Below the pieces are notes generated by a model. The model had not been told where the DNA came from. It saw nothing but the letters and a program-made list of their open reading frames with translations, and made no database searches. Of a DNA stretch of 64,000 bases, positions 42,382 to 53,191 are shown piece after piece. A program made the translations under genes and the position numbers. Source of the DNA: an uncultured Spirochaetota bacterium (GTDB lineage Bacteria > Spirochaetota > UBA4802 > UBA5550); assembly GCA_963827275.1 (NCBI GenBank), contig CAWHAA010000009.1, positions 1 to 64,000 of the forward strand. Reading direction: 5' to 3'. Every line of letters begins with the position of its first letter. Position 1 is the stretch's first letter.

Positions 42382-42511
42382 GGTTAGAATAAAAAAATTA
42401 TTTGAATTTTTTCATGTGACTTAAAAGATGTACAAATTGTCCAAAAAATAGTATATTAAATAATAAATAATATGTCATATTACAAGGGCTATCAGGAAGT
42501 CTCATGACGTC

Positions 42512-43348
42512 TTGGTGACAGCGTCTTCGGTCATAAAAATACAAATAGATCATACAATCATCGCGCCCAGGAGCAATACTATAAAACGCTATGGCATCAT
42601 ATGCCTTGTGCTCGCCTCGCTTTTTGCTTTCAACACTGAGTCGATATCCCAGGAGGACAGAAAGATCGAACTGAACGCCCAGGGGATCCTGGCGCGCGTC
42701 GACAAGATGTTCGAATATCCGCAGGGGCACCTCAAGGGAATAATGAAGCATATCAGGCCGGACGGGTCGGCCACCACCATCAACGTTAACGGCTGCATCG
42801 CCCAGGAGGATTACCTCTTCACCTTCAGCAGCAGGGAGCGCGGGGACCAGCTCAAGGTGCTCTACAATCTCGGCGGTGAGGACATCTGGGTCTATAACAT
42901 CCACTCGCTGAAGCTGTTCCACAAGCTGAGCATCGACAAGTATGATGAGATCCTCTCAACGAACTTCACGTTTCTGGACATGTCCAACGCGGACTTCCAG
43001 AGCAACTATACCGCCACCATCAGCGGTGATGCCTTCGTCAAGGGTAACGATGTCTGGAAGCTGGTGCTGAAGCCGATCGCCAAGGGCGGCGAGTACGGCC
43101 TGCTCACCCTGTACGTGACCAAGGACCGCTTCATCCCCATCAGGATCGATTACCATGACCGCGATAAGGCGATTTTCAAGTTTATGACGCTGGTCAGGAT
43201 TAAGGAAAACAACGGCCGGATCATCCCCCTCCGGTATGACATGATGAATATCCGCCAGGGAACGGTCACCATCATCAGCTTTAGCGAAATGGAGGACGGG
43301 GCGGTATTTGACAAGGAGATTTTCCGTTCGGAAAAGCTGGGCGGCTGA
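42512..43348 (+). CDS. Outer-membrane lipoprotein-sorting (LolA-like) protein; start uncertain
   Basis: Signal-like segment, DIWVY, TNFTFLD, L.LKP, RIDYHD pattern. Confidence 0.7.
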   Translation: MVTASSVIKIQIDHTIIAPRSNTIKRYGIICLVLASLFAFNTESISQEDRKIELNAQGILARVDKMFEYPQGHLKGIMKHIRPDGSATTINVNGCIAQEDYLFTFSSRERGDQLKVLYNLGGEDIWVYNIHSLKLFHKLSIDKYDEILSTNFTFLDMSNADFQSNYTATISGDAFVKGNDVWKLVLKPIAKGGEYGLLTLYVTKDRFIPIRIDYHDRDKAIFKFMTLVRIKENNGRIIPLRYDMMNIRQGTVTIISFSEMEDGAVFDKEIFRSEKLGG

Positions 43349-43371
43349 TATATTTCTTTCGGGGACGGTGC

Positions 43372-44101
43372 ATGCCTCAATTCTTCATTACCTCATCGGA
43401 CGTCGTGCATAACAGGTGCCGTATCGGGGGCGAAGATTTTCGCCACCTGGTCACGGTGCGTCGCGCGAAGCCCGGCGACCGCCTCCTGCTCCGCGACGAG
43501 AAGGGCGCCTCGCTCACGGCGCGGATCGCCCGCATTACCGGGGAGTTCATCGAGGCGGATATCCTCGGCGGGGGTGCGCCGCGGCCGCTCCCTGTCGAGA
43601 TCACGCTCTGCATGTGCCTGTTAAAGGGAAAGAACTTCGATTCCGTCCTTGAAAAAGCGGTGGAGGTCGGGGTCACGCGGATCATCCCGGTGGTATCGGA
43701 GCGGACAATCCCCCATCCCGCTGACGAGACGGGGCGGACTGACCGGTGGCGGAGGAAGGCGGAGGAGGCGGCCAAGCAGTCGCTGCGCGAATCGGTCCCG
43801 CGCGTTGAGCGGACCGTCGCGTTCCGCGACCTGATCGTTTCACGCCGCGATCCCGCGCTGATCATCGCCCATCCCGGGGCGGCCCTGCCGATGAAGGAGT
43901 ACCTGCGCGGCAGCGCGGCCCGGCGCGGTGAGCCTCCTGGTGGGGCCCGAGGGGGGCTTCAGCCCGGGGGAGACCGGGGCGGCTGCGGCGGCGGGGTGGA
44001 CGGCGGTCAACCTCGGGTCATCGCACCTGCGGGCCGGCACCGCGGCGACGGTCCTCTGCGGCATCATCATGTACGAGTGGGGAGACGGGGCCCCGGAATA
44101 A
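43372..44101 (+). CDS. rsmE: 16S rRNA m3U1498 methyltransferase (frameshift near 43920)
   Basis: HLVTVRR, EKAVEVG, EAAKQS.R; shifted frame VGPEGGFS...LG..HLR. Confidence 0.88.
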
Positions 44102-45411
44102 TGGAAAAACAGGTATACACGGCCATTGACGCGAACATCAACCGCGCGCAGGAGGGACTTCGCGTGTGCGAGGACATCATGCGCTTCTGCCTTCACCGGA
44201 CCGATTTCTCCGCGCGCCTCAAGGAGGCGCGCCACCGGGTCGCCGATGCCGCGCGCTCCTTCCCGCCGCACCGTTCCCTGTACGGCCGTGATGTCGGGGC
44301 AGACGCGCAGAAGTTCATCGACCTGGAGGGCGAAAAGACCCGCAACTCTCTCGCCGACATGTTTTCATCGAACCTGCACCGCGCGACCGAGGCAGTCAGG
44401 TCGCTCGAGGAATTCGGGAAGCTCGCGGGGATCGGCGGGGAGGCCTTCCAGTCGATACGTTTCGAGCTGTATGCGCTTGAGCGCGATGCCGTTTCCGCGC
44501 TGCTGCGCCGCGCCGCGGCCGGGCGTTTCAACCGGGGGCTCTACGCGGTGCTCGATTCCGCCTTCGTGCCCGCCGGTGGTTTTTCCGCGGCGGCGGGCGA
44601 CATGATAAAGGGGGGCGCGTCCGTCATACAGCTCAGGATGAAGGCCCCGTCGCAAAATGAGATTCTTGAAACGGCGAAGGAGATCGCGGAACTATGCCGG
44701 CGTGAAAATGTTCTTTTCATCCTTAACGGCCACGCCGACATCGCGCTCCTCGCGGGGGCCGACGGGGTGCACCTGGAGATGAACGACCTCTGCGTTCGCG
44801 ACGTGCGCGGGTTCGTCCCTCCGGATATGATCATCGGCCAGACAATCTTTTCGCCCGACGAGATCGGCCGGGCCGAGCGCGACGGGGCCGACTATATTGT
44901 CGTGGGCCCGGTGTACGCCACTGTCTGGCATACCGATGCCGGCGCCATGGAGTTGCGGGGATCGGGGATCGCGATCATCGCCCGGGCGCACGGGATGACC
45001 TCCCTGCCCGTGGTGGCGACCGGCGGGATCACGCCTGAGAACGCCGGCGCGGTCATGGCCGCGGGCGCCAGCGCCGTGCTGGCCACGACCTTCCTCTTCC
45101 GGGACGGGAACCAGGAAGGAAACTGCAGGGCGCTTGCGGCAGCGATACAATCCTCCGTCCGGCGTCGACTAATGAAGAAGGAACAATCGCCCGGTGCGGC
45201 CCTCGAAGCGATGCGGGAGCTCTGGCGCGCCGCCAGGTCCGCGAAGCTCTCCCGGAGGGATGAACTGCTCGCCGCCGGGTGCGGCATGGCGGCAGTGCGG
45301 CGGGACAGGGCGTTCCGCGCAAGCAGAAAGATGCAGCGGCGGTATGCAGGGATGATACGCCACGTCGAACGGACCATGAACAGGAAACGCGCTCGTGAAA
45401 AAAAGGGATAA
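44101..45411 (+). CDS. thiE: Long-form thiamine-phosphate synthase-like protein; the tail from 45172 may be a separate small gene
   Basis: DANINRAQEGLRVCED N-domain, QLRMK, ADGVHL, ATGGI. Confidence 0.7.
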   Translation: MEKQVYTAIDANINRAQEGLRVCEDIMRFCLHRTDFSARLKEARHRVADAARSFPPHRSLYGRDVGADAQKFIDLEGEKTRNSLADMFSSNLHRATEAVRSLEEFGKLAGIGGEAFQSIRFELYALERDAVSALLRRAAAGRFNRGLYAVLDSAFVPAGGFSAAAGDMIKGGASVIQLRMKAPSQNEILETAKEIAELCRRENVLFILNGHADIALLAGADGVHLEMNDLCVRDVRGFVPPDMIIGQTIFSPDEIGRAERDGADYIVVGPVYATVWHTDAGAMELRGSGIAIIARAHGMTSLPVVATGGITPENAGAVMAAGASAVLATTFLFRDGNQEGNCRALAAAIQSSVRRRLMKKEQSPGAALEAMRELWRAARSAKLSRRDELLAAGCGMAAVRRDRAFRASRKMQRRYAGMIRHVERTMNRKRAREKKG

Positions 45412-46702
45412 GGGCCTCTGCCTGGCATATGCCGACGCTGATGGCAACGTATGGGATTTCCCCGACCTGGAGCCCGCCTTCCGGACCGGGCGGCGCTTCG
45501 TCAGGGTCGATCCCGCCGAACTGATCCCGCTCCCGTACGGGAGCTATCTCTTTTCGCTGCCCGGCCGCTACCCGGTCTTCTACAATCACAGGAACGGCGA
45601 CTTCAACCATATCGAGGTATCGTACCGCGGCGACGGGGTGACCGCCGCGTCCGCATTTCTCGCGTCCGCGTACCTCAGGACCTATCTTCCCGCGTTTATC
45701 AGGAGAGACGACGCGCCCGTGCTTCCCCTCTGGGCCTATGCCGGCCTCGCCGTCATTGACGGCGATTTTTACGTGCCGGGTATCAGGATCGACGATGACC
45801 CCCGCTCTGACCCGGCGATCCACGAGAATGACGACGAATTGCGGCCGGCGATCACCGCGGAGAAAAAGCGGCATCCCGACAACCGCCTCGTGCGGCAGCT
45901 GGCGCGGTGCGCGACCCGCTACCGCTGCCTGTGCGCCAGGAACTTTTTCCTGGGCAGGCACGAGGCGCCGCTCCCCACGACCATCGCCTGCAACGCCCGG
46001 TGCGCCGGGTGCCTGTCGCTCCAGGAGGAGGGCGCCCCCTTTCCCGCTTCGCAGCCGCGCCTGGATTTCAGCCCCTCGCCGGCGGAGATCGCGCAGGTGA
46101 TCCTGCGCCATTTCTCCCGCGTGGACCGCGCGGTGGCCAGCTTCGGCCAGGGGTGCGAAGGGGAGCCGCTTTTGCGGGCGGACGACCTTGCCGCGGCGGT
46201 ACGCCTGGTGCGCGAGTCAACCGGCGCCGGCACCATCAACATCAATACAAACGGCTCGCGACCGGAGGGAGTGGGCGCGCTCATCGCCGCCGGGATCGAT
46301 TCCATACGGATCAGCCTGAATTCCCCGACGCCGGACTATTACGCGCGCTACCACCGGCCGGTCAATTATTCCTTCGACGACGTGCTTCGCTCGCTCGATG
46401 CCGCCCTGAACGCCGGGATATTCGTGTCGATCAACCTGTTTTTCCTGCCCGGATTCACCGACTCGGAGGCCGAGGTCGGGGCGCTCCGCGGGTTCCTTTC
46501 CCGGTTCCCGGTGAACATGATCCAGACCAGAAACCTGAACCTCGACCCCGACTACTATTTCGACATGATCGGGTTCAGGGATTCGGAGCCGGTCGGTGTC
46601 GCGAACCTCCTGCGCCTGCTCCGTGAAGAAAACCCGGGAATGCGGCTCGGGTATTACAACCCGCCGAAGGAGAAGTTCACCGCCGTCCAAGAAATATCTT
46701 GA
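45395..46702 (+). CDS. Radical SAM protein
   Basis: CNARCAGC (CxxxCxxC), GQGCEGEP, NTNG. Confidence 0.88.
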   Translation: MKKRDKGLCLAYADADGNVWDFPDLEPAFRTGRRFVRVDPAELIPLPYGSYLFSLPGRYPVFYNHRNGDFNHIEVSYRGDGVTAASAFLASAYLRTYLPAFIRRDDAPVLPLWAYAGLAVIDGDFYVPGIRIDDDPRSDPAIHENDDELRPAITAEKKRHPDNRLVRQLARCATRYRCLCARNFFLGRHEAPLPTTIACNARCAGCLSLQEEGAPFPASQPRLDFSPSPAEIAQVILRHFSRVDRAVASFGQGCEGEPLLRADDLAAAVRLVRESTGAGTININTNGSRPEGVGALIAAGIDSIRISLNSPTPDYYARYHRPVNYSFDDVLRSLDAALNAGIFVSINLFFLPGFTDSEAEVGALRGFLSRFPVNMIQTRNLNLDPDYYFDMIGFRDSEPVGVANLLRLLREENPGMRLGYYNPPKEKFTAVQEIS

Positions 46703-46799
46703 CGAAAAAATATTTCATGCTGTAGATGTTCTTCTGTAAGCCCCGGTTCCGCGTGGGGCTTTTATTCATTATATAATATGGCCGCTCCCGGAGAAAACA

Positions 46800-47414
46800 A
46801 TGCCTGATACCCTTATACACGCGCTCGTCCTGATGAAGAACTGGGGAGAGGACGGGGAAATTGTTTCGATTTTGAAGAACAATAACCATGTCATTTCGCT
46901 GTTTCACATCATGGGCAAATACAGCTATCTTCTCGACGCGAATTTCGACGACAAGGCCCAGCTCGCCGGCTGGATCAGCTCGATGAAGGCGATCAAGCTG
47001 CCGTCGGGTATGCCCGCGATCATATCATTGCAGACGCAGCGGATCATCGATGTCCACAAGAAGAAGGAGGACTTCACCCTGGCGGACTACCTGGGGATGA
47101 AGGAGCCGTACCATTTTTTCGTCAAGATCGACCACCCGCACCATGATGACGCCCTGATCAGGCTCATGTCAAAGAGCCCGATCGTGCATTCGATCCTGCA
47201 CGTGCAGGGGGAAAATTCGTTCACCATCGAGGTCATTGTCGGCGATTACGGCGAGTACCGGAAGCTCCTGACGGAGATGAAGAAGCTTAAAACCATTCAT
47301 CATATCGAAACGCAGGAAGTGATATCCGTCATAAAGTACCGCAACCAGGTGATCGGCGAGGGCGGCCGGACCGTTACCCGGACGGAAGATATCAGGGAAT
47401 TGTATACGCTGTAG
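46800..47414 (+). CDS. Protein with two Lrp/AsnC ligand-binding-like domains
   Basis: Two repeats H..G.YSYLL / H..G.NSFTI; no HTH seen. Confidence 0.55.
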   Translation: MPDTLIHALVLMKNWGEDGEIVSILKNNNHVISLFHIMGKYSYLLDANFDDKAQLAGWISSMKAIKLPSGMPAIISLQTQRIIDVHKKKEDFTLADYLGMKEPYHFFVKIDHPHHDDALIRLMSKSPIVHSILHVQGENSFTIEVIVGDYGEYRKLLTEMKKLKTIHHIETQEVISVIKYRNQVIGEGGRTVTRTEDIRELYTL

Positions 47415-47448
47415 GCCCATCGTCTCCGCGGGGGCTTAAGGAGAAGCC

Positions 47449-47862
47449 ATGTCACAGGTGCATACCGTCGAAAATCCGATTGAGTACGCCCGCGAGGTTG
47501 TCGGGAAAGATCCCTTCGCGACGTTTCTCGGCATCGAGGTGGAAGAGGTGCGCGAAGGATATGCCCGGTGCGGTATAACCGTCAAACCCGAATTCATGAA
47601 CGCGGTGGAGCGCGCCCACGGCGCTTTTATCCACGCCCTGTCGGACCAGGCGTTCGCCGTGGCCTGCAACAGCACCGGCGTGATGGCCATCGCGGTGAGC
47701 TTCAATATCAACTATCTCGCCTCCGCGGTGGACGGTGAAAAGATCTTCGCCGAGGCGGTCCCCATCAATATCGGCAGGAAGCTTTCCACCTGGAGCATCC
47801 AGGTGCGGGGGGCGGGGGACAAGCTGATCGCGACCGGGACCGGCACCGCATATCACAAGTAG
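47449..47862 (+). CDS. PaaI-family hotdog thioesterase
   Basis: FLGIE, N...RAHG...LSD.AFA.ACN. Confidence 0.88.
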   Translation: MSQVHTVENPIEYAREVVGKDPFATFLGIEVEEVREGYARCGITVKPEFMNAVERAHGAFIHALSDQAFAVACNSTGVMAIAVSFNINYLASAVDGEKIFAEAVPINIGRKLSTWSIQVRGAGDKLIATGTGTAYHK

Positions 47863-47913
47863 GGCGCCGCGGTCAAATAAAGTGTTGACAACGCCGTTCC
47901 GTGTCCGATTCTG

Positions 47914-48342
47914 ATGGACATGGCATTTCAATCACGCAGGGAGAATAATGTATTGAGAACGATACTGGCGTCGATGGTCGCGCTGACGGTCGTGCTTACG
48001 GCCTGCGACGTTTTTGTGAGCAAGTCGGATGCCGACCGGCTCAAGGAAAAGGAAAAGTACACCTATACGTTAAAGAAGGATATCGATATAGACGGCAAAA
48101 AGCTGGGCCGGGGCGAACGGGTGAAGATCGTCATCACCGGCGTCAAGGAGTGGATCAAGGTCCATGCCTATCCCGCGCAGTCGGACGCGCTGAAGGCGGA
48201 GCGCTACCTGGTCCTCTATCTCTTTGCCGAAGATTTTCCGGACGGCAGGTTCAGCATGAGCTTTTTCGAAGAGCAGCTTAACGCGGCGGTGGCGGCGGGA
48301 AGCGGGGCCGCGGCGCCGGAAAAGAACAAAAGAAGAAAATAA
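47914..48342 (+). CDS. Hypothetical lipoprotein
   Basis: Lipobox LTAC. Confidence 0.65.
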   Translation: MDMAFQSRRENNVLRTILASMVALTVVLTACDVFVSKSDADRLKEKEKYTYTLKKDIDIDGKKLGRGERVKIVITGVKEWIKVHAYPAQSDALKAERYLVLYLFAEDFPDGRFSMSFFEEQLNAAVAAGSGAAAPEKNKRRK

Positions 48343-48361
48343 ACCTGGTACGGGTGGAGCC

Positions 48362-49243
48362 ATGTTCGAGGGAGTCTTTACAGCATTAATCACGCCATTC
48401 AGGAACGGGGGCATCGATTACGGGGCCCTGGAAAAGCTGGTGGCATTCCAGATCGAGAACGGGATCGACGGTGTCGTCCCGATGGGGACGACGGGCGAAT
48501 CCCCCACCGTCTCATTCGAGGAGCACAAGGAATTCATCCGGCGGGTCGTGAAGCTGGTGAACGGCAGGGTGAAAGTTATCGCCGGGACCGGGGCCAATTC
48601 CACGGAGGAGGCCATCTGGCTGTCGCGGGAAGCCGAGGAAGCGGGCGTGGACGGCGTGCTCCAGGTCAATCCCTATTATAACAAGCCGACCCAGCGCGGC
48701 CTGATCGCCCATTTCGAGAGCGTGGCAAAATCGATCGGGATCCCCGTGGTCCTGTACAATATACCCGGCCGCACCGGGGTGAATTTTCTCCCGGCGTCGG
48801 TGAACGAGCTGCTGAACCGCGTCGGCAATGTCGTGGCCATGAAGGAGGCCTCGGGCGATATCCAGCAGATGATGGAGCTCTACGAGCTCTGCGGCGGGCG
48901 CCTTACCCTTCTTTCCGGCGACGATAACATCCTCCTTCCCTTCCTCTCGATCGGCGGCAAGGGGGTCATCAGCGTGCTCTCGAACCTCCTCCCGGCCGAC
49001 GTGAAGAAGGTGGTGACCTTGTACAATGAAGGGCGCATCGACGAGGCGCGGAAGCAGTTCTACCGCCTCCTTCCCCTCTGCCGGGCCATGTTCCTCGAGA
49101 CGAACCCCATCCCCGTGAAGGCGGCGATGGCCATGGCCGGGTTCTGCGCCGACGGCCTGCGGCTCCCCCTGGTGCCGCTTGCCGACGACAACAGGGCGAG
49201 GCTCAGGAAGGCGCTCCTGGACTACGGGGTGGCGCTTCCATGA
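48362..49243 (+). CDS. dapA: 4-hydroxy-tetrahydrodipicolinate synthase
   Basis: GTTGES, PYYNKP, YNIPGRT, KEASG. Confidence 0.96.
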   Translation: MFEGVFTALITPFRNGGIDYGALEKLVAFQIENGIDGVVPMGTTGESPTVSFEEHKEFIRRVVKLVNGRVKVIAGTGANSTEEAIWLSREAEEAGVDGVLQVNPYYNKPTQRGLIAHFESVAKSIGIPVVLYNIPGRTGVNFLPASVNELLNRVGNVVAMKEASGDIQQMMELYELCGGRLTLLSGDDNILLPFLSIGGKGVISVLSNLLPADVKKVVTLYNEGRIDEARKQFYRLLPLCRAMFLETNPIPVKAAMAMAGFCADGLRLPLVPLADDNRARLRKALLDYGVALP

Positions 49244-50034
49244 AAATCGGCATTTGCGGGATATGCGGCAGGATGGGCGTTTCGGTCTTGAAGGTCCTTA
49301 CCGGGCGGGGCCATTCCCTCGGCGCGGCCTTCGACCATGACGGCGCCCCCTCCTTCGGCTGCGACGCCGGGACCCTGGTCCAGGCGGAGAAGATGCATGT
49401 CACGGTCGCCGGCATCAACGCGGACGATGTCGCCAGGACCGACGGCATCATTGATTTTTCCTCGCCGGCGGCGACGGCGCGGCTCATCGGGTTCGCGCTG
49501 GAGAAAAAGAAGCCGCTGGTGATCGGCACCACCGGATTGTCCGATGACGGCAAGCGGGAGATCACGCGGGCGTCGAAGGAAATCCCGGTCATTTTTTCAC
49601 CGAACATGTCGCTGGGCGTGAACATCCTGTTCAAGCTCACCGAGATCGCGTCGCGGGCGCTCACGAACGAGTACGACGTCGAAATTTTAGAGATGCACCA
49701 CCGGTTCAAGAAAGACGCCCCCTCCGGCACCGCGAACCGGCTCCTTGAAATCGTCAGGGAATCCATGCGGGACATGGACGGCGCGAAAGTGGTCACCGGC
49801 CGCGAGGGGATCATCGGCGAGCGGACGAAGAACGAAATCGGCGTCCTGTCGATGAGGGGCGGCGATATCGTGGGCGAGCACACGGTCTTTTTCACCGCCA
49901 TGGGCGAGCGCATCGAGCTGTCCCACCGCGCATCGAGCCGGGACATATTGGCCAGGGGCGCGGTCACCGCAATGGAGTTCCTCGCGGGGAAGCCGGCCGG
50001 CCTCTACTCTATGTATGACGTGCTGGGGTTGTAA
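49240..50034 (+). CDS. dapB: 4-hydroxy-tetrahydrodipicolinate reductase
   Basis: GRMG, GTTG, EMHHRFKKDAPSGTA. Confidence 0.96.
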   Translation: MKIGICGICGRMGVSVLKVLTGRGHSLGAAFDHDGAPSFGCDAGTLVQAEKMHVTVAGINADDVARTDGIIDFSSPAATARLIGFALEKKKPLVIGTTGLSDDGKREITRASKEIPVIFSPNMSLGVNILFKLTEIASRALTNEYDVEILEMHHRFKKDAPSGTANRLLEIVRESMRDMDGAKVVTGREGIIGERTKNEIGVLSMRGGDIVGEHTVFFTAMGERIELSHRASSRDILARGAVTAMEFLAGKPAGLYSMYDVLGL

Positions 50035-50987
50035 TGTCAGAAAAAAAAGAACATCCGGCCGACGGGAAAAAGGCCTTCGAGGAAAATCCGTTTAACCCCG
50101 ACAACCGGCGGCCCGAGGACATCGTGCGCCTCTTTTACTCCTACAACGTGCCCATTATCCCCGTGGTTTCAAAGCGGGGGATCCTTCTCGGGATACTCAG
50201 GAAAGACGATGTCGTTTCCGAGCTTTCCGATATCGAGCGCGTCGAACGACTGAAGATCGATGAATTCGTGACCCGGCTCGCCAGGAAGCTCACCCTGGAC
50301 GAGCTGCTTCCCTACGGCGAAATCAAGGAGTTCACCGTCATCAACCTGTTCGGGGAGGTCCAGGGGCGCTGGTCGCGTCTCCAGCTCTTTACCGCTTCCG
50401 AGGCGCCGGAGAAGGCCCCCGTGTCGGCGGAGAGCGAAACGGACCATCAGAAGGAAGAACAGGTGCTGGAATGGATGATATACCTCATCCTGGAGCACAT
50501 CCCGCGCCCCCTGTACGCGCTCAACATAAAGGGAAAGACCATTTTTTACAACAGCCATTTCGAGGACCTCTACCGGCGGCATTTCAAGAAAGACGTTGAT
50601 GTGGAGTTCGTGGAGAAGACCGTCGGCGACGCGGAAAAAAACGAGCTCATGCCCGGCAGGAAAAACGACGAGCTGATGTTCTTTAACGGCGAGCTCGCGC
50701 TGCATTACGAGAAAATCCCGCTCATGAGCAAGCGGAAAAAAGTCGGCTACCTCCTGTTCTGCTCGAAGGAGGCGGACGATGGCGTCGGGTCCCTGATCCC
50801 CGGTGTGGACATTACGGCGAAATCGCTTGATGACATCCTGGGCGCGGCGGAGCGCCTGGTGCTTGTTGACCTCCTGAGGGACAAGAATAACCCTGCCGCC
50901 GTTGCGAAGTCGCTGAAAATCAGCCAGAAATCCCTTGCCCACAAGATAAAAAAGCACGGCATTAAGTGGAAAAAGCAGGGGTCGTGA
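50034..50987 (+). CDS. CBS-like / PAS-like / Fis-HTH protein
   Basis: IPVV..G.LLGIL CBS-like motif; C-terminal VAKSLKISQKSL..KIKKHGI. Confidence 0.65.
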   Translation: MSEKKEHPADGKKAFEENPFNPDNRRPEDIVRLFYSYNVPIIPVVSKRGILLGILRKDDVVSELSDIERVERLKIDEFVTRLARKLTLDELLPYGEIKEFTVINLFGEVQGRWSRLQLFTASEAPEKAPVSAESETDHQKEEQVLEWMIYLILEHIPRPLYALNIKGKTIFYNSHFEDLYRRHFKKDVDVEFVEKTVGDAEKNELMPGRKNDELMFFNGELALHYEKIPLMSKRKKVGYLLFCSKEADDGVGSLIPGVDITAKSLDDILGAAERLVLVDLLRDKNNPAAVAKSLKISQKSLAHKIKKHGIKWKKQGS

Positions 50988-51408
50988 CAGGGGCGTTGCA
51001 GTATAATTTTAAAAAATTACTTGAAAGGAAATAATTTATTTAGTATATTGATTTACGGAAATGATGATTTTTTCTTGACTTAAAGCGGCCGTACCTTACA
51101 TTGTCCGAGTCTGAACAGATCTGGCACCTCCGTACCATCATTAGGTATAATATCCCGGAATACATTGAAGGGCGTTTTAGGGACTTTGCATTAACATCCT
51201 GCATAATAAACAATAACAAGTGCTGATTGACTTTTATTTTCTCAACCGCACTCATTAATATGTAATGAAAATACATAAATAACGACAACATTTTGCAGGT
51301 AAATTTCACTTCCGCCACCGGCCATAGGTGAAAATCGAACTATTTTTTCGTATACATTTCACGAGTAACGAGATTCTGAAAAAAATTAAATAACCACAGG
51401 GAACAGGT

Positions 51409-52797
51409 ATGGCACGAACCACCGAATCCGCAAAATCCAGCAAGGCCGAAAATCAAGAGGTCAACGCAACCGAAATCACAGAGAGCAATGGCGCCGCTCC
51501 GGAGGCTCCTGCCGCCGCTGCGAACGGGAAGACCACCCCGGAAACCTGGCTTGACCTGGGAGAGCTGAAAACCAAGAAGATAAACGATCTGGTCAATATC
51601 GCCAAGGAGATGGGGATTGAGCGGATCTACGGCATGAAAAAGCAGGACCTGATCCTGGAGATACTGAAATCGCAGACGGAGCAGAAGGGGCTCATCTTTT
51701 CGAGCGGTGTCCTTGAAATACTGGCCGATGGATACGGATTTCTCCGCTCGCCGAACTACAACTACCTGCCGGGCCCGGACGACATATACGTGTCCCCCTC
51801 GCAGATCCGCCTGTTCGGCCTGAAGACCGGCGACACCATCGCCGGCCAGATCAGGCCGCCGAAGGACAACGAGCGGTTTTACGCCCTCCTCAGGATCGAG
51901 GCGGTCAATTTCGAGAACCCGGACCAGCTGCAGAAGCGGGTCCTGTTTGACAACCTGACGCCCCTCTACCCGGAGGAGCGGATCAACCTTGAGACCCTTT
52001 CCGAGAACGTGGACATGCGCATCGTCAACATCATCACCCCGATCGGCAAGGGACAGCGGGCGCTTATCGTCGCGCCGCCGCGTACCGGTAAAACCATACT
52101 GCTCCAGAAAATTGCGAACTCCATAACAACGAACCACCCGGAGATCTACCTCATCGTGCTCCTCATCGACGAGCGTCCTGAGGAGGTCACCGATATGCAG
52201 CGCACGGTCAAGGGAGAGGTCATCTCCTCGACCTTCGATGAACCGGCAAGCCGGCACGTGCAGGTAACCGAGATGGTGCTGGAAAAGGCGAAACGCCTGG
52301 TCGAGCACAAGATGGACGTGGTGATCCTGCTCGATTCGATCACCAGGCTGGCGCGCGCCTATAACCAGGTGGTCCCGACCAGCGGGAAGATACTCTCCGG
52401 CGGGGTCGATTCCAACGCCCTGCACCGGCCCAAGCGCTTTTTCGGGGCCGCCCGGAACATAGAGGAGGGCGGGAGCCTTACCATCCTGGCCACGGCCCTC
52501 GTCGATACCGGGAGCCGCATGGACGAGGTCATTTTCGAGGAGTTCAAGGGCACCGGCAACAGCGAGCTGCACCTTGACCGCAAACTCGTGGACCGGCGCA
52601 TATTCCCGGCCATCGACATGAGCCGCTCGGGGACGCGGAAAGAAGAATTATTGCTTGACACGGAAGAGCTGAATAAACTATGGGTCTTGAGGAAGGCCCT
52701 CTCATCCATGAGCGGCACCGAGGCGATGGAGCTCCTTGTCGAGAAGATGAAAGCGACCAAGAACAATAAAGCGTTTTTTAAAGCTATGAATTCGTAA
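51409..52797 (+). CDS. rho: Transcription termination factor Rho
   Basis: [36 protein letters not shown]. Confidence 0.98.
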   Translation: MARTTESAKSSKAENQEVNATEITESNGAAPEAPAAAANGKTTPETWLDLGELKTKKINDLVNIAKEMGIERIYGMKKQDLILEILKSQTEQKGLIFSSGVLEILADGYGFLRSPNYNYLPGPDDIYVSPSQIRLFGLKTGDTIAGQIRPPKDNERFYALLRIEAVNFENPDQLQKRVLFDNLTPLYPEERINLETLSENVDMRIVNIITPIGKGQRALIVAPPRTGKTILLQKIANSITTNHPEIYLIVLLIDERPEEVTDMQRTVKGEVISSTFDEPASRHVQVTEMVLEKAKRLVEHKMDVVILLDSITRLARAYNQVVPTSGKILSGGVDSNALHRPKRFFGAARNIEEGGSLTILATALVDTGSRMDEVIFEEFKGTGNSELHLDRKLVDRRIFPAIDMSRSGTRKEELLLDTEELNKLWVLRKALSSMSGTEAMELLVEKMKATKNNKAFFKAMNS

Positions 52798-52814
52798 GCG
52801 GAGGAATTTTTTCA

Positions 52815-53015
52815 ATGAAGGCGAAGATACATCCGGAATACAAAGAAACAGTAATCAAGTGCGCCTGCGGCAACGAGATAAAGACCAAGTCGACCGCGAA
52901 GGACCTCCACGTGGAAATTTGCTCAAACTGCCATCCCTTCTTCACCAAAAAACAGAAGATCATGGATACGGCGGGCCGGGTCGAGAAATTCAAGAAAAAA
53001 TACAATATCAAGTAG
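52815..53015 (+). CDS. rpmE: 50S ribosomal protein L31 (Zn-binding type)
   Basis: IHPEY, CACG, CSNCHPF, GRVEKF. Confidence 0.97.
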   Translation: MKAKIHPEYKETVIKCACGNEIKTKSTAKDLHVEICSNCHPFFTKKQKIMDTAGRVEKFKKKYNIK

Positions 53016-53043
53016 GCCTGGTGCGGCGATCGCGCGTGGAACG

Positions 53044-53079
53044 GAAGAGGCTGGCCCGGGTGGACCGGCCTCTTTTTTT
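53044..53079 (+). terminator. Intrinsic terminator after rho-rpmE
   Basis: AAGAGGCTGG...CCGGCCTCTT followed by a T-run. Confidence 0.75.
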
Positions 53080-53191
53080 CCGCTCACACCCGGCGGCCGG
53101 CGCCGACCGGTCCGCATGCCCGGAATAATTGTAAAGCCTGATTTGTCATGGCGCCGATATAGTAAGAATACAACGCGGAAAGGATGATACA

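Noticed and set aside
43372..45411. RsmE-ThiE fusion protein
   Set aside because: The RsmE C-terminus lies in another frame ending at TAA 44099-44101, overlapping the thiE ATG; an indel artefact
50988..51408. Riboswitch or ncRNA upstream of rho
   Set aside because: AT-rich with promoter-like hexamers but no recognisable conserved structure
51340..52572. Antisense 410-aa ORF over rho and similar antisense ORFs elsewhere
   Set aside because: Mirror frames caused by codon bias of the real genes
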